Shown one piece after another: positions 8,535 to 17,381 of a stretch of DNA of 64,000 nucleotides. The notes beneath the pieces are model-generated. The model did not search any database. It saw only the letters and a list, made by a program, of their open reading frames with translations, and had not been told where the DNA came from. The DNA is taken from IMG/VR virus record IMGVR_UViG_3300021060_000011, positions 61,104 through 125,103 of that record; one strand, 5' to 3'. The stretch is from a virus. Lineage: Duplodnaviria; Caudoviricetes. Within the stretch, counting starts at the first letter, position 1. The number at the start of each line of letters is the position of its first letter. Both the position numbers and the translations under genes were made by a program.

Positions 8535-9611
8535 TCAGGCGGCCAGCTCGTACGAGAACACCACCCTGGTATGGGGCGGGCAGGCGCGTCGTAGGACGCA
8601 TTCGAGGTCCTCGGCCGCGGCGAAGCCTTCGATGGGATCACCATCGCACTCGCCGCCATCGGCGAGGTCGGCCGGGTCGCTCACCGGAAGGGTGAACACC
8701 TCGAGGGGGTCGGCATCCAGTTCGCCGTCGTCGACGGCGAAACTCGCTTCGGTGATGTCGCCGCCGGCGGTGGTGAACCACGTCTCAGCCAGCGAGCGCA
8801 CGCGGACGATCCAGAACTGCCAGACGTCGCCGTCCGGATCGGATTCGAAGGTCTCCAGCTCGTCGGCGTCGAGTTCGCCGTCGTCGCAAGCGAAGCCGTC
8901 CTCGATGATGCCGCCGGCGACCTCGTCGCCGTAGACGCCCGGACGGCTGGTGAGCGCGAAGGTCTCGATCGGGGCGTCGCACATGCCGTCGTCGCAGGTG
9001 AAATACCCCTCTTCGACGGCGCCGTCGGTCACCTCGCTGTCGTCGATGAGGAACTGCGTCGGCTCCTCGATGGTGATGGCGTAGCCCAGGGCCGCCGCGA
9101 GGCAGATCATGTAGTCGCGCGACGTGCCGCCCTGGGCGCCGAAGCGGGTGCGGATCGCCGCGAGCCGCGCCGCGATTCCGCTTTGCGAGCCGAGGCAGGC
9201 GTCCGGCAGCCCCAGCTCATTCTCCCAGTCGTCGAGGCCGATGGTGACGGCAGACGGAAACGCCTGCGTGGCCACCTCGAAGTCACGACGGTTGATGTCC
9301 GCGAGCCAGTCGGCGACGGCGCGCCAGACCTTGCGCATCAAGGGCGAAGCGCCCTTGCCGCCGCCGGCTTCATCGGTGCCCCAGGCGGGCCCGCGCGGGG
9401 CCAGCGCAAGGACCGCAGGAAGGACCTCGTCGGCGGTGGGATCGGATTGCCGATCGGCGACCGACGGTGGCTCGGAGCCGAGCAGGGCACAGGGCCAGCC
9501 CGGCTGGGTCGCGCTCTGGCCGACCCGGTCCATGGTCACGCGTCGGGAATCGGCGGTGACCGTGGTGGTGTCGGCGGTTGCGCTCAAGGGAGTCGGAAGC
9601 GACACAGGCAC
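8535..9611 (-). CDS. Baseplate wedge protein (Mu gp48/DUF2313-like) with acidic repeats
   Basis: LAPRGPAW, L.DWE.ELGLPD.C, GG.SR.Y.I.LAA.LGY.ITIEE, LECVL.R..P.HT.V.F.Y. Confidence 0.85.
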   Translation of the reverse strand: MPVSLPTPLSATADTTTVTADSRRVTMDRVGQSATQPGWPCALLGSEPPSVADRQSDPTADEVLPAVLALAPRGPAWGTDEAGGGKGASPLMRKVWRAVADWLADINRRDFEVATQAFPSAVTIGLDDWENELGLPDACLGSQSGIAARLAAIRTRFGAQGGTSRDYMICLAAALGYAITIEEPTQFLIDDSEVTDGAVEEGYFTCDDGMCDAPIETFALTSRPGVYGDEVAGGIIEDGFACDDGELDADELETFESDPDGDVWQFWIVRVRSLAETWFTTAGGDITEASFAVDDGELDADPLEVFTLPVSDPADLADGGECDGDPIEGFAAAEDLECVLRRACPPHTRVVFSYELAA

Positions 9612-9643
9612 CTCTCGCGCGAGCGGGCGGGGCGCCGCGCTTC

Positions 9644-10282
9644 TCAGCGCAACGCGGTGATGTTCCAGCCGATGGGGGCGGCCCCGGCGGCGAGGGTGAG
9701 CCCGGTGGTGAGCTGCACGGACACGACACCGTCGGCTGACACGAAGGCCGCCGCGATGTTGAGGCCGGCCGGCAGGGCGGCGGCCGGCGCCACCACGACC
9801 CGCTCGCCCGCCCGGAGCACGTCGCCCGCCCGCGCCGGCACGAGGCCGGTGAGGGTGAGGGTGACGGGCAGGAGGGCCGTGAGGGCCGGCAGCTTGGCCG
9901 AGGCGGTGAAGGCGGCGGCCTCCTCGGGTTTGGCTTCCAGGGCCGCCGCGCGGGCGGCCTGGGCGGTGTCCGCGTCGCCTCGGGCCTTCGCCTCGGCTGC
10001 GTCGGCCGTGCGCCGGGCCTGGACCTCGGCGCTAAGGGCCGTGGCCGTGTCACTCCGCGCCAACGCCTCGGCCGCGTCGGCCGCGCCCCTGGCCCGGATC
10101 TCCGCCGCCAGGGCCGCATCCTGCGCCGCATCTCGCGCCGCCTGTCCGGCCAGGATGAAGGCCGCCACCTCGTTGATGGAAACGCGCCGGCGCCGCCACC
10201 GCCCCGTGGCCGGGTCGTGCTGCGAGGCCATGAGCGTCACGGCCCCGTCGAGGGGGCCGCTGGGCAGATAGTCGTCGGCCAT
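9644..10282 (-). CDS. Putative fibre-like structural protein with Ala-rich coiled-coil repeats
   Basis: E..AR..AD heptad repeats; position within the baseplate cluster. Confidence 0.55.
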   Translation of the reverse strand: MADDYLPSGPLDGAVTLMASQHDPATGRWRRRRVSINEVAAFILAGQAARDAAQDAALAAEIRARGAADAAEALARSDTATALSAEVQARRTADAAEAKARGDADTAQAARAAALEAKPEEAAAFTASAKLPALTALLPVTLTLTGLVPARAGDVLRAGERVVVAPAAALPAGLNIAAAFVSADGVVSVQLTTGLTLAAGAAPIGWNITALR

Positions 10283-10290
10283 GGCGGAGC

Positions 10291-10935
10291 CTACGGCAGG
10301 GCGTGGGCGATGAAGGCGTCGACCTCGGCCCGGGTCGTGATCGTACCGGCGAGGATCGCCGCGCAGGCCGCGTCGTCCGCGTCGAAGCACGCGTCCACGA
10401 AGGCCAGCACCGCGTCCGACATGGCGATGATCTGAGAGGCTGGGACCTCGACGCGGTCGGTCGGGCTCACCTTCCACTTCGTGGAGTAGGTCGGGTCGGC
10501 CTCGGCCTTGATCCGCGAGCCCGCGAGGAGGAGCTTGGATCGGTCGTCGGTGGCCACCCGGAAGCCGCCCGGCACCGTGACGCCGGCCATTTCGCGGGCG
10601 TACCGGGCCTCGCCGACGTAGGCGAGGAGTTCGGCCCGACGCGCGGCCAGCTCGGCGGCGGTGAGGAGCCGCTTGCCGCGCGTGGCGGTGACACGGAACG
10701 CCGTCCGATCCGCCACACGGCCGACGATCTCGTCGGTGAGGGTTTCGGTTGCCGGTTCGAAGGCTGGCGACGTGAGCACGAGCGGCCAGAACGCCGTGTC
10801 TTGAAGGCCAAACCGCTCGTCCGTCCCGTCGAGGTTGCGCAATGCCTCGTCGGGCCAGCTCGCGACTTCAGGCGCCACCGGCCCCGGCGGACCCATGAAA
10901 TCGAGGGTGGCGAGGAGGATGTGCTGGTACGTCAT
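10291..10935 (-). CDS. Second DUF4376-family chaperone
   Basis: RY.RE.AGV.V....VATDDRSK, V.AFVDACF. Confidence 0.75.
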   Translation of the reverse strand: MTYQHILLATLDFMGPPGPVAPEVASWPDEALRNLDGTDERFGLQDTAFWPLVLTSPAFEPATETLTDEIVGRVADRTAFRVTATRGKRLLTAAELAARRAELLAYVGEARYAREMAGVTVPGGFRVATDDRSKLLLAGSRIKAEADPTYSTKWKVSPTDRVEVPASQIIAMSDAVLAFVDACFDADDAACAAILAGTITTRAEVDAFIAHALP

Positions 10936-11474
10936 GGGGTTTCATCCACGATGCGGATTTCGCCGGAGCCGCCACGCCCATAGGTGGAGTTTTGCATCGG
11001 CCCGCCGGGCGTGAGCCCGTAGGTGATAGGGCCACCGCCGCCGGCCGTAATCATGCCGTAGAAGCCGCCGAATAGGCTGCCGTCGCCGCCGGAGAAAGAG
11101 GATGTGCCGGGGACATTCAGGTCGCCACCCGTGACCTCCGTTCCGAGAACGCTGATCGCGAGACCGCCCCCCGAAAGGGTGGTCGCCGTGTAGCCAGTAA
11201 GCTCAATGACTCCATCGCCTGCGACGGCACCAAAGTTGATCGATGATGCGATGACGATGCCTTTTGGCAAAGAAATGGTTTTGCGCGCGAAGCCGCCACC
11301 CTGCCCGTTGCCGCCCGGCCCGTAGACATAGAACGTGTACTTACTGACCTTCGGCACCACCCACGATGTGTCGCGGGGCTTGAGGATCGCGATGAGCCTC
11401 GGGCCTGCTGGCGTGCCGCGCGGAGCCACCCCGAACGGGCGCGCGATATCTTCCTCAAACGCCTCCATCGCCAT
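10932..11474 (-). CDS. Gly-rich tail fibre tip-like protein
   Basis: WVVP.....YVYGPGG.G.GGGF..K and G.GG.G.IRI motifs; lower GC. Confidence 0.6.
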   Translation of the reverse strand: MAMEAFEEDIARPFGVAPRGTPAGPRLIAILKPRDTSWVVPKVSKYTFYVYGPGGNGQGGGFARKTISLPKGIVIASSINFGAVAGDGVIELTGYTATTLSGGGLAISVLGTEVTGGDLNVPGTSSFSGGDGSLFGGFYGMITAGGGGPITYGLTPGGPMQNSTYGRGGSGEIRIVDETP

Positions 11475-11893
11475 CAGAATTGCTTCCCGTTGCCGGTGGC
11501 GTGCATCGAGCCTGCGGGCTGAGCGACCAGCGTGGCGAGGTAGAGGGACCAGCCCTCGGACACGTAGATCGGCACCGTGCCAGTCACCTTGTCGAAGACG
11601 ATCTGTGCCGCTGCTGTGGTGCTGGATGTGATCGACGCGTGCGCGACGCTGGCGGCCTCAATGAGCGTCGAGCCGTTCCAGAGGTAGGCGACGAGCTTGC
11701 CGATGCTCAGGTTCGCCGTAGCCTCCACCGTTATGCTGGAGACGGCAACGAAGCGTCCCACCGCAACGGTGTCGACCACCTTCACCGCGCTGGTGACGTC
11801 GACAAACGTGGTCTTCGCCGCAGTCGGCAGAACTGCCGGAATGAGCGCGAACGGGATAGCATAGGTCGGTGCGGGATTGGGATTCAGGGCCAT
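11474..11893 (-). CDS. Hypothetical virion protein
   Basis: Beta-rich 139 aa ORF, coupled to the downstream gene. Confidence 0.55.
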   Translation of the reverse strand: MALNPNPAPTYAIPFALIPAVLPTAAKTTFVDVTSAVKVVDTVAVGRFVAVSSITVEATANLSIGKLVAYLWNGSTLIEAASVAHASITSSTTAAAQIVFDKVTGTVPIYVSEGWSLYLATLVAQPAGSMHATGNGKQF

Positions 11894-11902
11894 GTTCGGT
11901 CC

Positions 11903-12433
11903 TCAGGAAAGGCTGTCAGAGCCGTAGGAGAGGCCGACGATCTGGCCTCGGGTGGGTACAGCCGAGGCGTCGGCTTTGGCGGCGATGGCGGCCGTATTGG
12001 ACGCGATAGCCGCGACCTGATCCGGCGTGATCTCCGCGACCGTGACCGTTCCTTTGCGCCCGTTGACGGACACGACCGGCCCGGCCGCGATGACGGCGAG
12101 CTGGGTGGCCACCGCCGCCGCGATGGCGGCGGCAATGTTGTCCTGGATCTGCTGAGGGGTCGGCACGAGGGCCGTGACCGCCGCCGCCGCGTCGGCGATG
12201 GACTTGTAGATAGCCGCCGCCGAGGGGACGGCGTTCACCTTGTCGTAGAAGGTGTGGATCACCTGGGCGACCTTCGCCATGGTGTCGATGTCCGCGTCGG
12301 CGCCATCGAGGAGGACCTCGATCCGGCGATACAGCTCCGAGAAGTTGCTTTCCGTCTTCTCCGCGAAGTCGCGGAAGGGGTCGCCGGTGCCGTCGTTCTC
12401 CGACGCGCCGTAGCGAAGATGCTGCTGCGCCAT
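11903..12433 (-). CDS. Fibre-base protein with NDGTGD motif
   Basis: G...NDGTGDP.R....K...NF.ELY (T4 gp9/gp10-type N-terminus) and V.SVNG..G.V fibre motif. Confidence 0.7.
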   Translation of the reverse strand: MAQQHLRYGASENDGTGDPFRDFAEKTESNFSELYRRIEVLLDGADADIDTMAKVAQVIHTFYDKVNAVPSAAAIYKSIADAAAAVTALVPTPQQIQDNIAAAIAAAVATQLAVIAAGPVVSVNGRKGTVTVAEITPDQVAAIASNTAAIAAKADASAVPTRGQIVGLSYGSDSLS

Positions 12434-12441
12434 GGTGGGCC

Positions 12442-13539
12442 TCAGTCGGTGTAGGTGACGGGGCCGAGCACCGGCAGGTAGCCGGCTGGCACGGTGATGT
12501 CGTCGAGGGGCAGGGGCATCCGGTGGCGCCCCTCTCCCACGGCTCGGCTCACCGCTTCGGTGAGCCAGGATTTCGAGAGGGTGGTGTCGCCCGACGGCAG
12601 GCCGGGCTCGGCCAGATCCGCGAACGTCGCGGCCAGCTCGGTCTCTACGGAGATCCGGGTGTCGGTGTTGTCCGGCCGGAGGGCCTTGATCTGCACCGGG
12701 ATCGGCAGCGCCTGCAGGCGGATGGCGTAGGCCCGCGCACAGAGCGGGCGCCGCACCGGATCGTTGATTGCCGCCTGGGCGATGGTGACCTGCGCCGGCG
12801 TTGGGATGCCGTTGGGCTGGTCGGTGACCGTGAAGGCGACCCAGACGCTACGGGTCTCGTTGGCGAACGAGGCCACGTAGACCCGGTCCACCACGGCGCC
12901 GAGCGCCTCGCGGACCCAGGTCTCGTAATCCGGTGCCGAGCCGCCCTGCGGGGGCTTGCGCTTGCGGCTCAGGACGCGGGCGCGGAACGCCTCCAGCTTC
13001 TCCGGGTCGGCCCCGCCGCCGAGGCCGTCGGCGTCGACTAGGCCGGCGCCGGTGATGCCGTCGGGCAGGTCGACCGCGTCCACGAAGGTGAGCAGCGTTC
13101 CTGCGTCCGTGTTGCCGAGGCTGCCCGGCTCGTCCGCCTGCAACGTCAGGGTCACGGAGTTGCCGTCGGCGGACGCGTCCTTCAGCGTGGTGAAGGTGAC
13201 GCCGTCGGCCCGCGTCAGCTGCAGGCCGGCCGGCACCACGGTCCCGGGCGCCGCCGGCCAGGTGGCCGAGCCGAGGGCGGGGAGGGCGGTGTAACGCTTC
13301 AGCCCCAGCTCGAAGGCATGGCGTGCGAGCCAGACCTCGTCCGCCGTCGAGGCGAAGATCTGGGCGAAGAGCCATTTCCGGCGCAGCTCCTGTTCGAAGC
13401 CGCACGCGGCCAGGACCTTGCCGAAGACCGTGAAGGTATTGGCCCAGACCGAGGCGATGGCGCCCTCGATCGCCCCGGTGAAGAACCCGCGCGCCTGGCG
13501 CGAGAGCTCGTCGAGCGAGCGGATGCTATAGCCCGCCAT
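12442..13539 (-). CDS. Baseplate J / Mu gp47 protein
   Basis: QIF..TAD...L.RHA, GG.D.E..E.FR.R.L...R.PPQGG...DY..W. Confidence 0.93.
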   Translation of the reverse strand: MAGYSIRSLDELSRQARGFFTGAIEGAIASVWANTFTVFGKVLAACGFEQELRRKWLFAQIFASTADEVWLARHAFELGLKRYTALPALGSATWPAAPGTVVPAGLQLTRADGVTFTTLKDASADGNSVTLTLQADEPGSLGNTDAGTLLTFVDAVDLPDGITGAGLVDADGLGGGADPEKLEAFRARVLSRKRKPPQGGSAPDYETWVREALGAVVDRVYVASFANETRSVWVAFTVTDQPNGIPTPAQVTIAQAAINDPVRRPLCARAYAIRLQALPIPVQIKALRPDNTDTRISVETELAATFADLAEPGLPSGDTTLSKSWLTEAVSRAVGEGRHRMPLPLDDITVPAGYLPVLGPVTYTD

Positions 13540-14062
13540 CGGCACGCCTCCAGAGCAGGTCGAATTGGTCGGAGTAGGCCTCCCGGCCGTCCCGGCCGTA
13601 GAGGGCGATCCGCAGGGCGATGCGGCCTGCGGCCTTGTTCACCGTGGCGGCGGTCTTGATCGTGACGACCGCGCCCTGGGTGATGAGCGGCTGCAACGCG
13701 CGCTCGGCCTCGGCCGCCATCTCCATGCCGGTGAGGTCCGTCAGCTCATGTCGACGGAAGATCCATAGCTTGGAGCCCAGCGGCGCCTCGCCCTGGGCGG
13801 TGTCGACGTCGAAACCGTCGCCGACCCAGCCGCGGCGATCGCCACGGTGCTCGGCGCGCAGGTCGTAGGTCTCCGCCCGGGCGTCCGTGAACAGGAGCAT
13901 GATGACGGCGGTGGCCAGCGGATTCGCTGCGCGCAGGCCGCCGGCGCCGCCCTCGTCGCCGCCGGCCGAGAGGGCGAAGTCGCCCACGATGCCGTTCCAG
14001 ACGATGTCAGGCGGCAGCACCGCAACGCCCGCATCCGCGAGCGGCGTGAGGGTGAGCTGCAT
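13526..14062 (-). CDS. Mu gp46-family baseplate protein
   Basis: L.TAVI..LFTDARA, D.RGW.GD, LGSKLW...R, AE.ALQ.L. Confidence 0.92.
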   Translation of the reverse strand: MQLTLTPLADAGVAVLPPDIVWNGIVGDFALSAGGDEGGAGGLRAANPLATAVIMLLFTDARAETYDLRAEHRGDRRGWVGDGFDVDTAQGEAPLGSKLWIFRRHELTDLTGMEMAAEAERALQPLITQGAVVTIKTAATVNKAAGRIALRIALYGRDGREAYSDQFDLLWRRADGGL

Positions 14063-14092
14063 GGTGGCCCCTTCGGGGATGGTGCGAGAGGC

Positions 14093-14530
14093 TTAAGGCC
14101 CGTGGGCGGCTTTCACCTGCGCTGCCCAGTAGGCCTCGCAGGTTTGCTTCCAGGCCCGCTCATGCTTGGTGAGGCCGTCGCCCAGCTCAGCGGCCAGCTT
14201 CGCCTCGGCCTCTCGCTCCTGCTGTGCCGCCGCCGCGCGGGCGTTCTCGGCAGCAACGAAAGGTGCTGGGTCTAGGAGGGCCGGGTAGCCTTCGGGAACC
14301 GCGGGATCGAGGAAGTGCGTCGGGGTGATGCTGTAATCGCCCTGGTAGAACGAAACCCACCACTCCCCGTTGTCGCCCCGGCGTGCCCACTGCATGCGTT
14401 CGTCGGTCATCCGACGCTCACGTCCTGAGCATGGGGCTTCGAGGTAGGCATTGTCCGGATCGAACACGAAGGCCTCCTCGAGATCCGGGGAGGCCTCGGA
14501 GATCGGGCGCCAGGGCAGGGGAGACGGCAT
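14093..14530 (-). CDS. Inserted hypothetical protein (DUF551-like W.PI..A...PTH motif)
   Basis: WRPISEA...PTHF; lies between gp45 and gp46. Confidence 0.55.
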   Translation of the reverse strand: MPSPLPWRPISEASPDLEEAFVFDPDNAYLEAPCSGRERRMTDERMQWARRGDNGEWWVSFYQGDYSITPTHFLDPAVPEGYPALLDPAPFVAAENARAAAAQQEREAEAKLAAELGDGLTKHERAWKQTCEAYWAAQVKAAHGP

Positions 14531-14533
14531 CGG

Positions 14534-15025
14534 TCAGACCTTCGCGAAGACGGTCGAGGAGGGGCCGGCGGTGGTCATCACCGGCGCATAGGTGCCGTCG
14601 GAGCCGTTGCCGCCGAGATACGTGACCTCGCCGCCGAAACTGGCCTTGCCGGTGGCTTTGTGCTCCAGCGTCTTGCCGGTCATCTTCTGGGGCCGGTCGC
14701 CGGCGTCGTGCCAGATGCCGTCGGCGCCCAGCAGCCGGGTGGCGTTGCCCTTGTCATCGTAGAGGGTGGTCTGGCCCTGCTTCAGGTCGCGGGGCCGGCT
14801 GTCGGGGTGCTCCAGGCCGAGGAAGGCCACGAGGGCCCGCTCGCCCGACCCGGCGATGCCGATACCGTGCGAGCCCTTCGGCGCGTGGCTGGCGAGACCG
14901 TGCTGGCGAACGACGTGGACCTTATCGAGGTCCTCGCTCGCGTAGCCCGAGCCGCGCCCGAGCTGCATCTCGCCCTTGTCGTTGATCTCCGACAGCTCGG
15001 TGCGGAAGATGTTGGTGCGGCTCAT
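14534..15025 (-). CDS. Baseplate spike (Mu gp45-like)
   Basis: QHG.AS..P.G, RP..L..G.T.LYD.KG. Confidence 0.88.
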   Translation of the reverse strand: MSRTNIFRTELSEINDKGEMQLGRGSGYASEDLDKVHVVRQHGLASHAPKGSHGIGIAGSGERALVAFLGLEHPDSRPRDLKQGQTTLYDDKGNATRLLGADGIWHDAGDRPQKMTGKTLEHKATGKASFGGEVTYLGGNGSDGTYAPVMTTAGPSSTVFAKV

Positions 15026-16131
15026 TCCTCGCCCTGCTCCTCTTCGAGGCCAGGACCGGGATCGAAGACCGCATCGGACTTGCCGGCGGCCTTCTTGCCC
15101 CCGTGGGCTCTGGGATCGACGAAGTTCAGGAACGCGATAGTCCCGCCTTCGTCGTCCTGGCGGAAATTGACCGTCGAGAGGGTGTAATCCCCATCAATGT
15201 CCTCGGGCTCGTTGACGATCGCCATGAGGCACCCGGGGGTCCAAATCATCCCGGCCTCGTCGCGCCAGGTGGCGACCTTCACCCGGATCGTGGTGCCGTT
15301 GCCGGCCCGACGTAGGCGCTCCCAGCGCAGGCGCTTCTTCAGCTCGGTCTTCGACCAGTCGCCCTCGGGCAGGACGAGGAGGGGGCGGTGCCGACCGACG
15401 CTCTTATCGGTCTCCCGTTCCTCCTGGCGCAGGGCATCCTTGCCCGTCCCAGTGGCCCGCTGGCCGCGCCCGACGATCTCCGAGAATTTCTGGTCGAGCT
15501 TGAGGGTGACATCCATCTCCTCGACCGGGCTTTCGCCGAGGACGAGGGCCCCGGCGTGTCGCTTCGTGCCGGCCCGGGTGATGTTGATGGAGCCGTCCGG
15601 CTCACCCGCGAGCATCAACCCGAGGCGGCGCGCCTCGCGCTCCACGGTCTGGAAGATCGTGTCGGTCGGCTGACGCTGGACCTTGGCGATCTTCTTCAGG
15701 TCCTGGTCGGTCTTGAACCCGCAACGAACCTCGTCGAGTTCGTTCGCGACCTCCAGGAGGGTCTTCTTCTCGAACCGCCCGGTTTTGTGCTTCACCGGGT
15801 GGCAATCGACGGCGTCGGCCGCCTTGGACTTGCCGTCGAGAGTGACGGTCTTCGTCTTCTTCCCGTACTTGGCCGCGTAGCCGCCGACGTAGCCCTTGCA
15901 GAGCAGCTCGCCGCCGCCGGGCTTCGCCGGCCCCCGGGCCGGGCTGGTGCGGATCTCGATTTCCTTGCCCTTGCGCAGGCGCTTGGCATCCGCCGACCAG
16001 CTCGGGTTCGCGGCGCCGAGCGTGAACGAGATCTCGGCCGATTCCATCGACCGATCGACCGACACGTCTTGCCAGCCGCGCAGCTCGTAGCCGTCGACCA
16101 CCAGGGTGACGATCTCCTCAACGAAGGGCAT
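15022..16131 (-). CDS. Baseplate hub (Mu gpP/gp44-like)
   Basis: V.L.VDG....GW..V.V.RS.E, DAVDC, R.RPL....E, W.PG. Confidence 0.9.
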   Translation of the reverse strand: MPFVEEIVTLVVDGYELRGWQDVSVDRSMESAEISFTLGAANPSWSADAKRLRKGKEIEIRTSPARGPAKPGGGELLCKGYVGGYAAKYGKKTKTVTLDGKSKAADAVDCHPVKHKTGRFEKKTLLEVANELDEVRCGFKTDQDLKKIAKVQRQPTDTIFQTVEREARRLGLMLAGEPDGSINITRAGTKRHAGALVLGESPVEEMDVTLKLDQKFSEIVGRGQRATGTGKDALRQEERETDKSVGRHRPLLVLPEGDWSKTELKKRLRWERLRRAGNGTTIRVKVATWRDEAGMIWTPGCLMAIVNEPEDIDGDYTLSTVNFRQDDEGGTIAFLNFVDPRAHGGKKAAGKSDAVFDPGPGLEEEQGEE

Positions 16132-16140
16132 CCGGTGACC

Positions 16141-16884
16141 TCACGCAGGGGAGGGGGCCAGCGCCTCGAACGAGGCCGGCATGAACAGCGGGGTTGCGGC
16201 GCGATTCCGGGCCACCAGCTCCTCGGCGCGGGCCGGGTCGCCGTAGAGGTTCCAGGCGATCGCGGTGCTCGGGAACGACCGGCCGGCATCGACCCGCACC
16301 ACCGGCTGCAGGCTGGTCGCCTGGCGTACCAGGTGGGCGGAGGTCTCCCGCGCGGCGGTGCTCAGGACCGCGAAGATCTCCTGCCCGAGCACGGTCGCGA
16401 TCCGGTCGCCGCGGGCGGCCATCTGCTCGGTGATCCGGGTGCGGGCCTCGGTGGCGGCCCGCCGGTCGGCGAACTCGGTGCGCGCCTCGGCAACGAAGGC
16501 TTCGCCGAGGGCCGCCACCTCCATCGCCGCAGCCAGCGCCCGGGCCAGCGTGTAGAGCCGGGTCAGGACAGGCGAGGCGGAGGCCGGGAACGCCGTCTGG
16601 GCGGCGGCGGCGAGATCGTAGAGCCCGGCGCTCGCGTCCGCCGGTTCGGCCGCCCTGGAGGCGCTCTGGAGCACGGTAACCAGCTCGGAGCCGATCGCCG
16701 CCACGCCCCGGGCCGAGGTGACCCGTGGGGCCTCGACAAGGGCGATGCGGCGGCAGGCCGCCTGCGCCGGGGCGGCGGCCGCCTCGGGCAAGGGCAGCGA
16801 CGCCGTGAAGGCCTGCACGAGGCCCGCGAGCGCACGCGCCGCCACCGCCGCGCCGGCCAGCGCGCCGCTCGGGACATCAGCCAT
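16141..16884 (-). CDS. DNA circulation protein, C-terminal-like part
   Basis: AW.LYGD..RAEELV.RN....P.FMP motif of the Mu gp43 C-terminus. Confidence 0.8.
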   Translation of the reverse strand: MADVPSGALAGAAVAARALAGLVQAFTASLPLPEAAAAPAQAACRRIALVEAPRVTSARGVAAIGSELVTVLQSASRAAEPADASAGLYDLAAAAQTAFPASASPVLTRLYTLARALAAAMEVAALGEAFVAEARTEFADRRAATEARTRITEQMAARGDRIATVLGQEIFAVLSTAARETSAHLVRQATSLQPVVRVDAGRSFPSTAIAWNLYGDPARAEELVARNRAATPLFMPASFEALAPSPA

Positions 16885-16901
16885 GGAGGTCTCGCTCAGG
16901 T

Positions 16902-17378
16902 CTAGAAGGGCAGGACGGAGAGGACGTCCTCGACGAGGCCGGCCAGGTCATCGAGGGCCGATGCGGCGATGCGGTCCCCGATCGGGATGGCCGGGAAGCC
17001 GCTGCCGCCGCCGCCAGCCTCGATGAATTCGAGGTCGATGGAGACGTAGCCGAGCTTCTCCTTGCGCCAGGACGAGCCGCAGCCCGTGCAGCGGACCTGG
17101 TGACCGCCGAGGAACGGCAACACCAGGGTGGCGACGCCGGCCGTGGAGCATGCCGCGACGAGGGCTCGGCAGCTCGCGTCAGCCTGGTCGTTGGCGATGT
17201 AGGCCTTGATCCGGAACTTCTTGGGCAGGATGCCCATGTCCTCGGTGTCGTGCTTCTCCGCCTTCACGTAGCGGTGCACGACGACCTCACGCCCTGTGTC
17301 GGGCATGGCCTCTTCGCCCACGTAGAACGGGACGCCCCGGTAGGAGGCGCCCCGCAGCGTGTTCATCCAGTTGCGCAT
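16902..17378 (-). CDS. DNA circulation protein, N-terminal domain (Mu gp43-like)
   Basis: W...LR.ASYRGVPF.V, GR..VVH.Y, EDMG, L.FIEAG. Confidence 0.9.
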   Translation of the reverse strand: MRNWMNTLRGASYRGVPFYVGEEAMPDTGREVVVHRYVKAEKHDTEDMGILPKKFRIKAYIANDQADASCRALVAACSTAGVATLVLPFLGGHQVRCTGCGSSWRKEKLGYVSIDLEFIEAGGGGSGFPAIPIGDRIAASALDDLAGLVEDVLSVLPF

Positions 17379-17381
17379 GGA

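Noticed and set aside
6388-12433. Diversity-generating retroelement or invertible fibre shufflon
   Set aside because: No reverse transcriptase, TR/VR pair, invertase or inverted fibre cassettes seen
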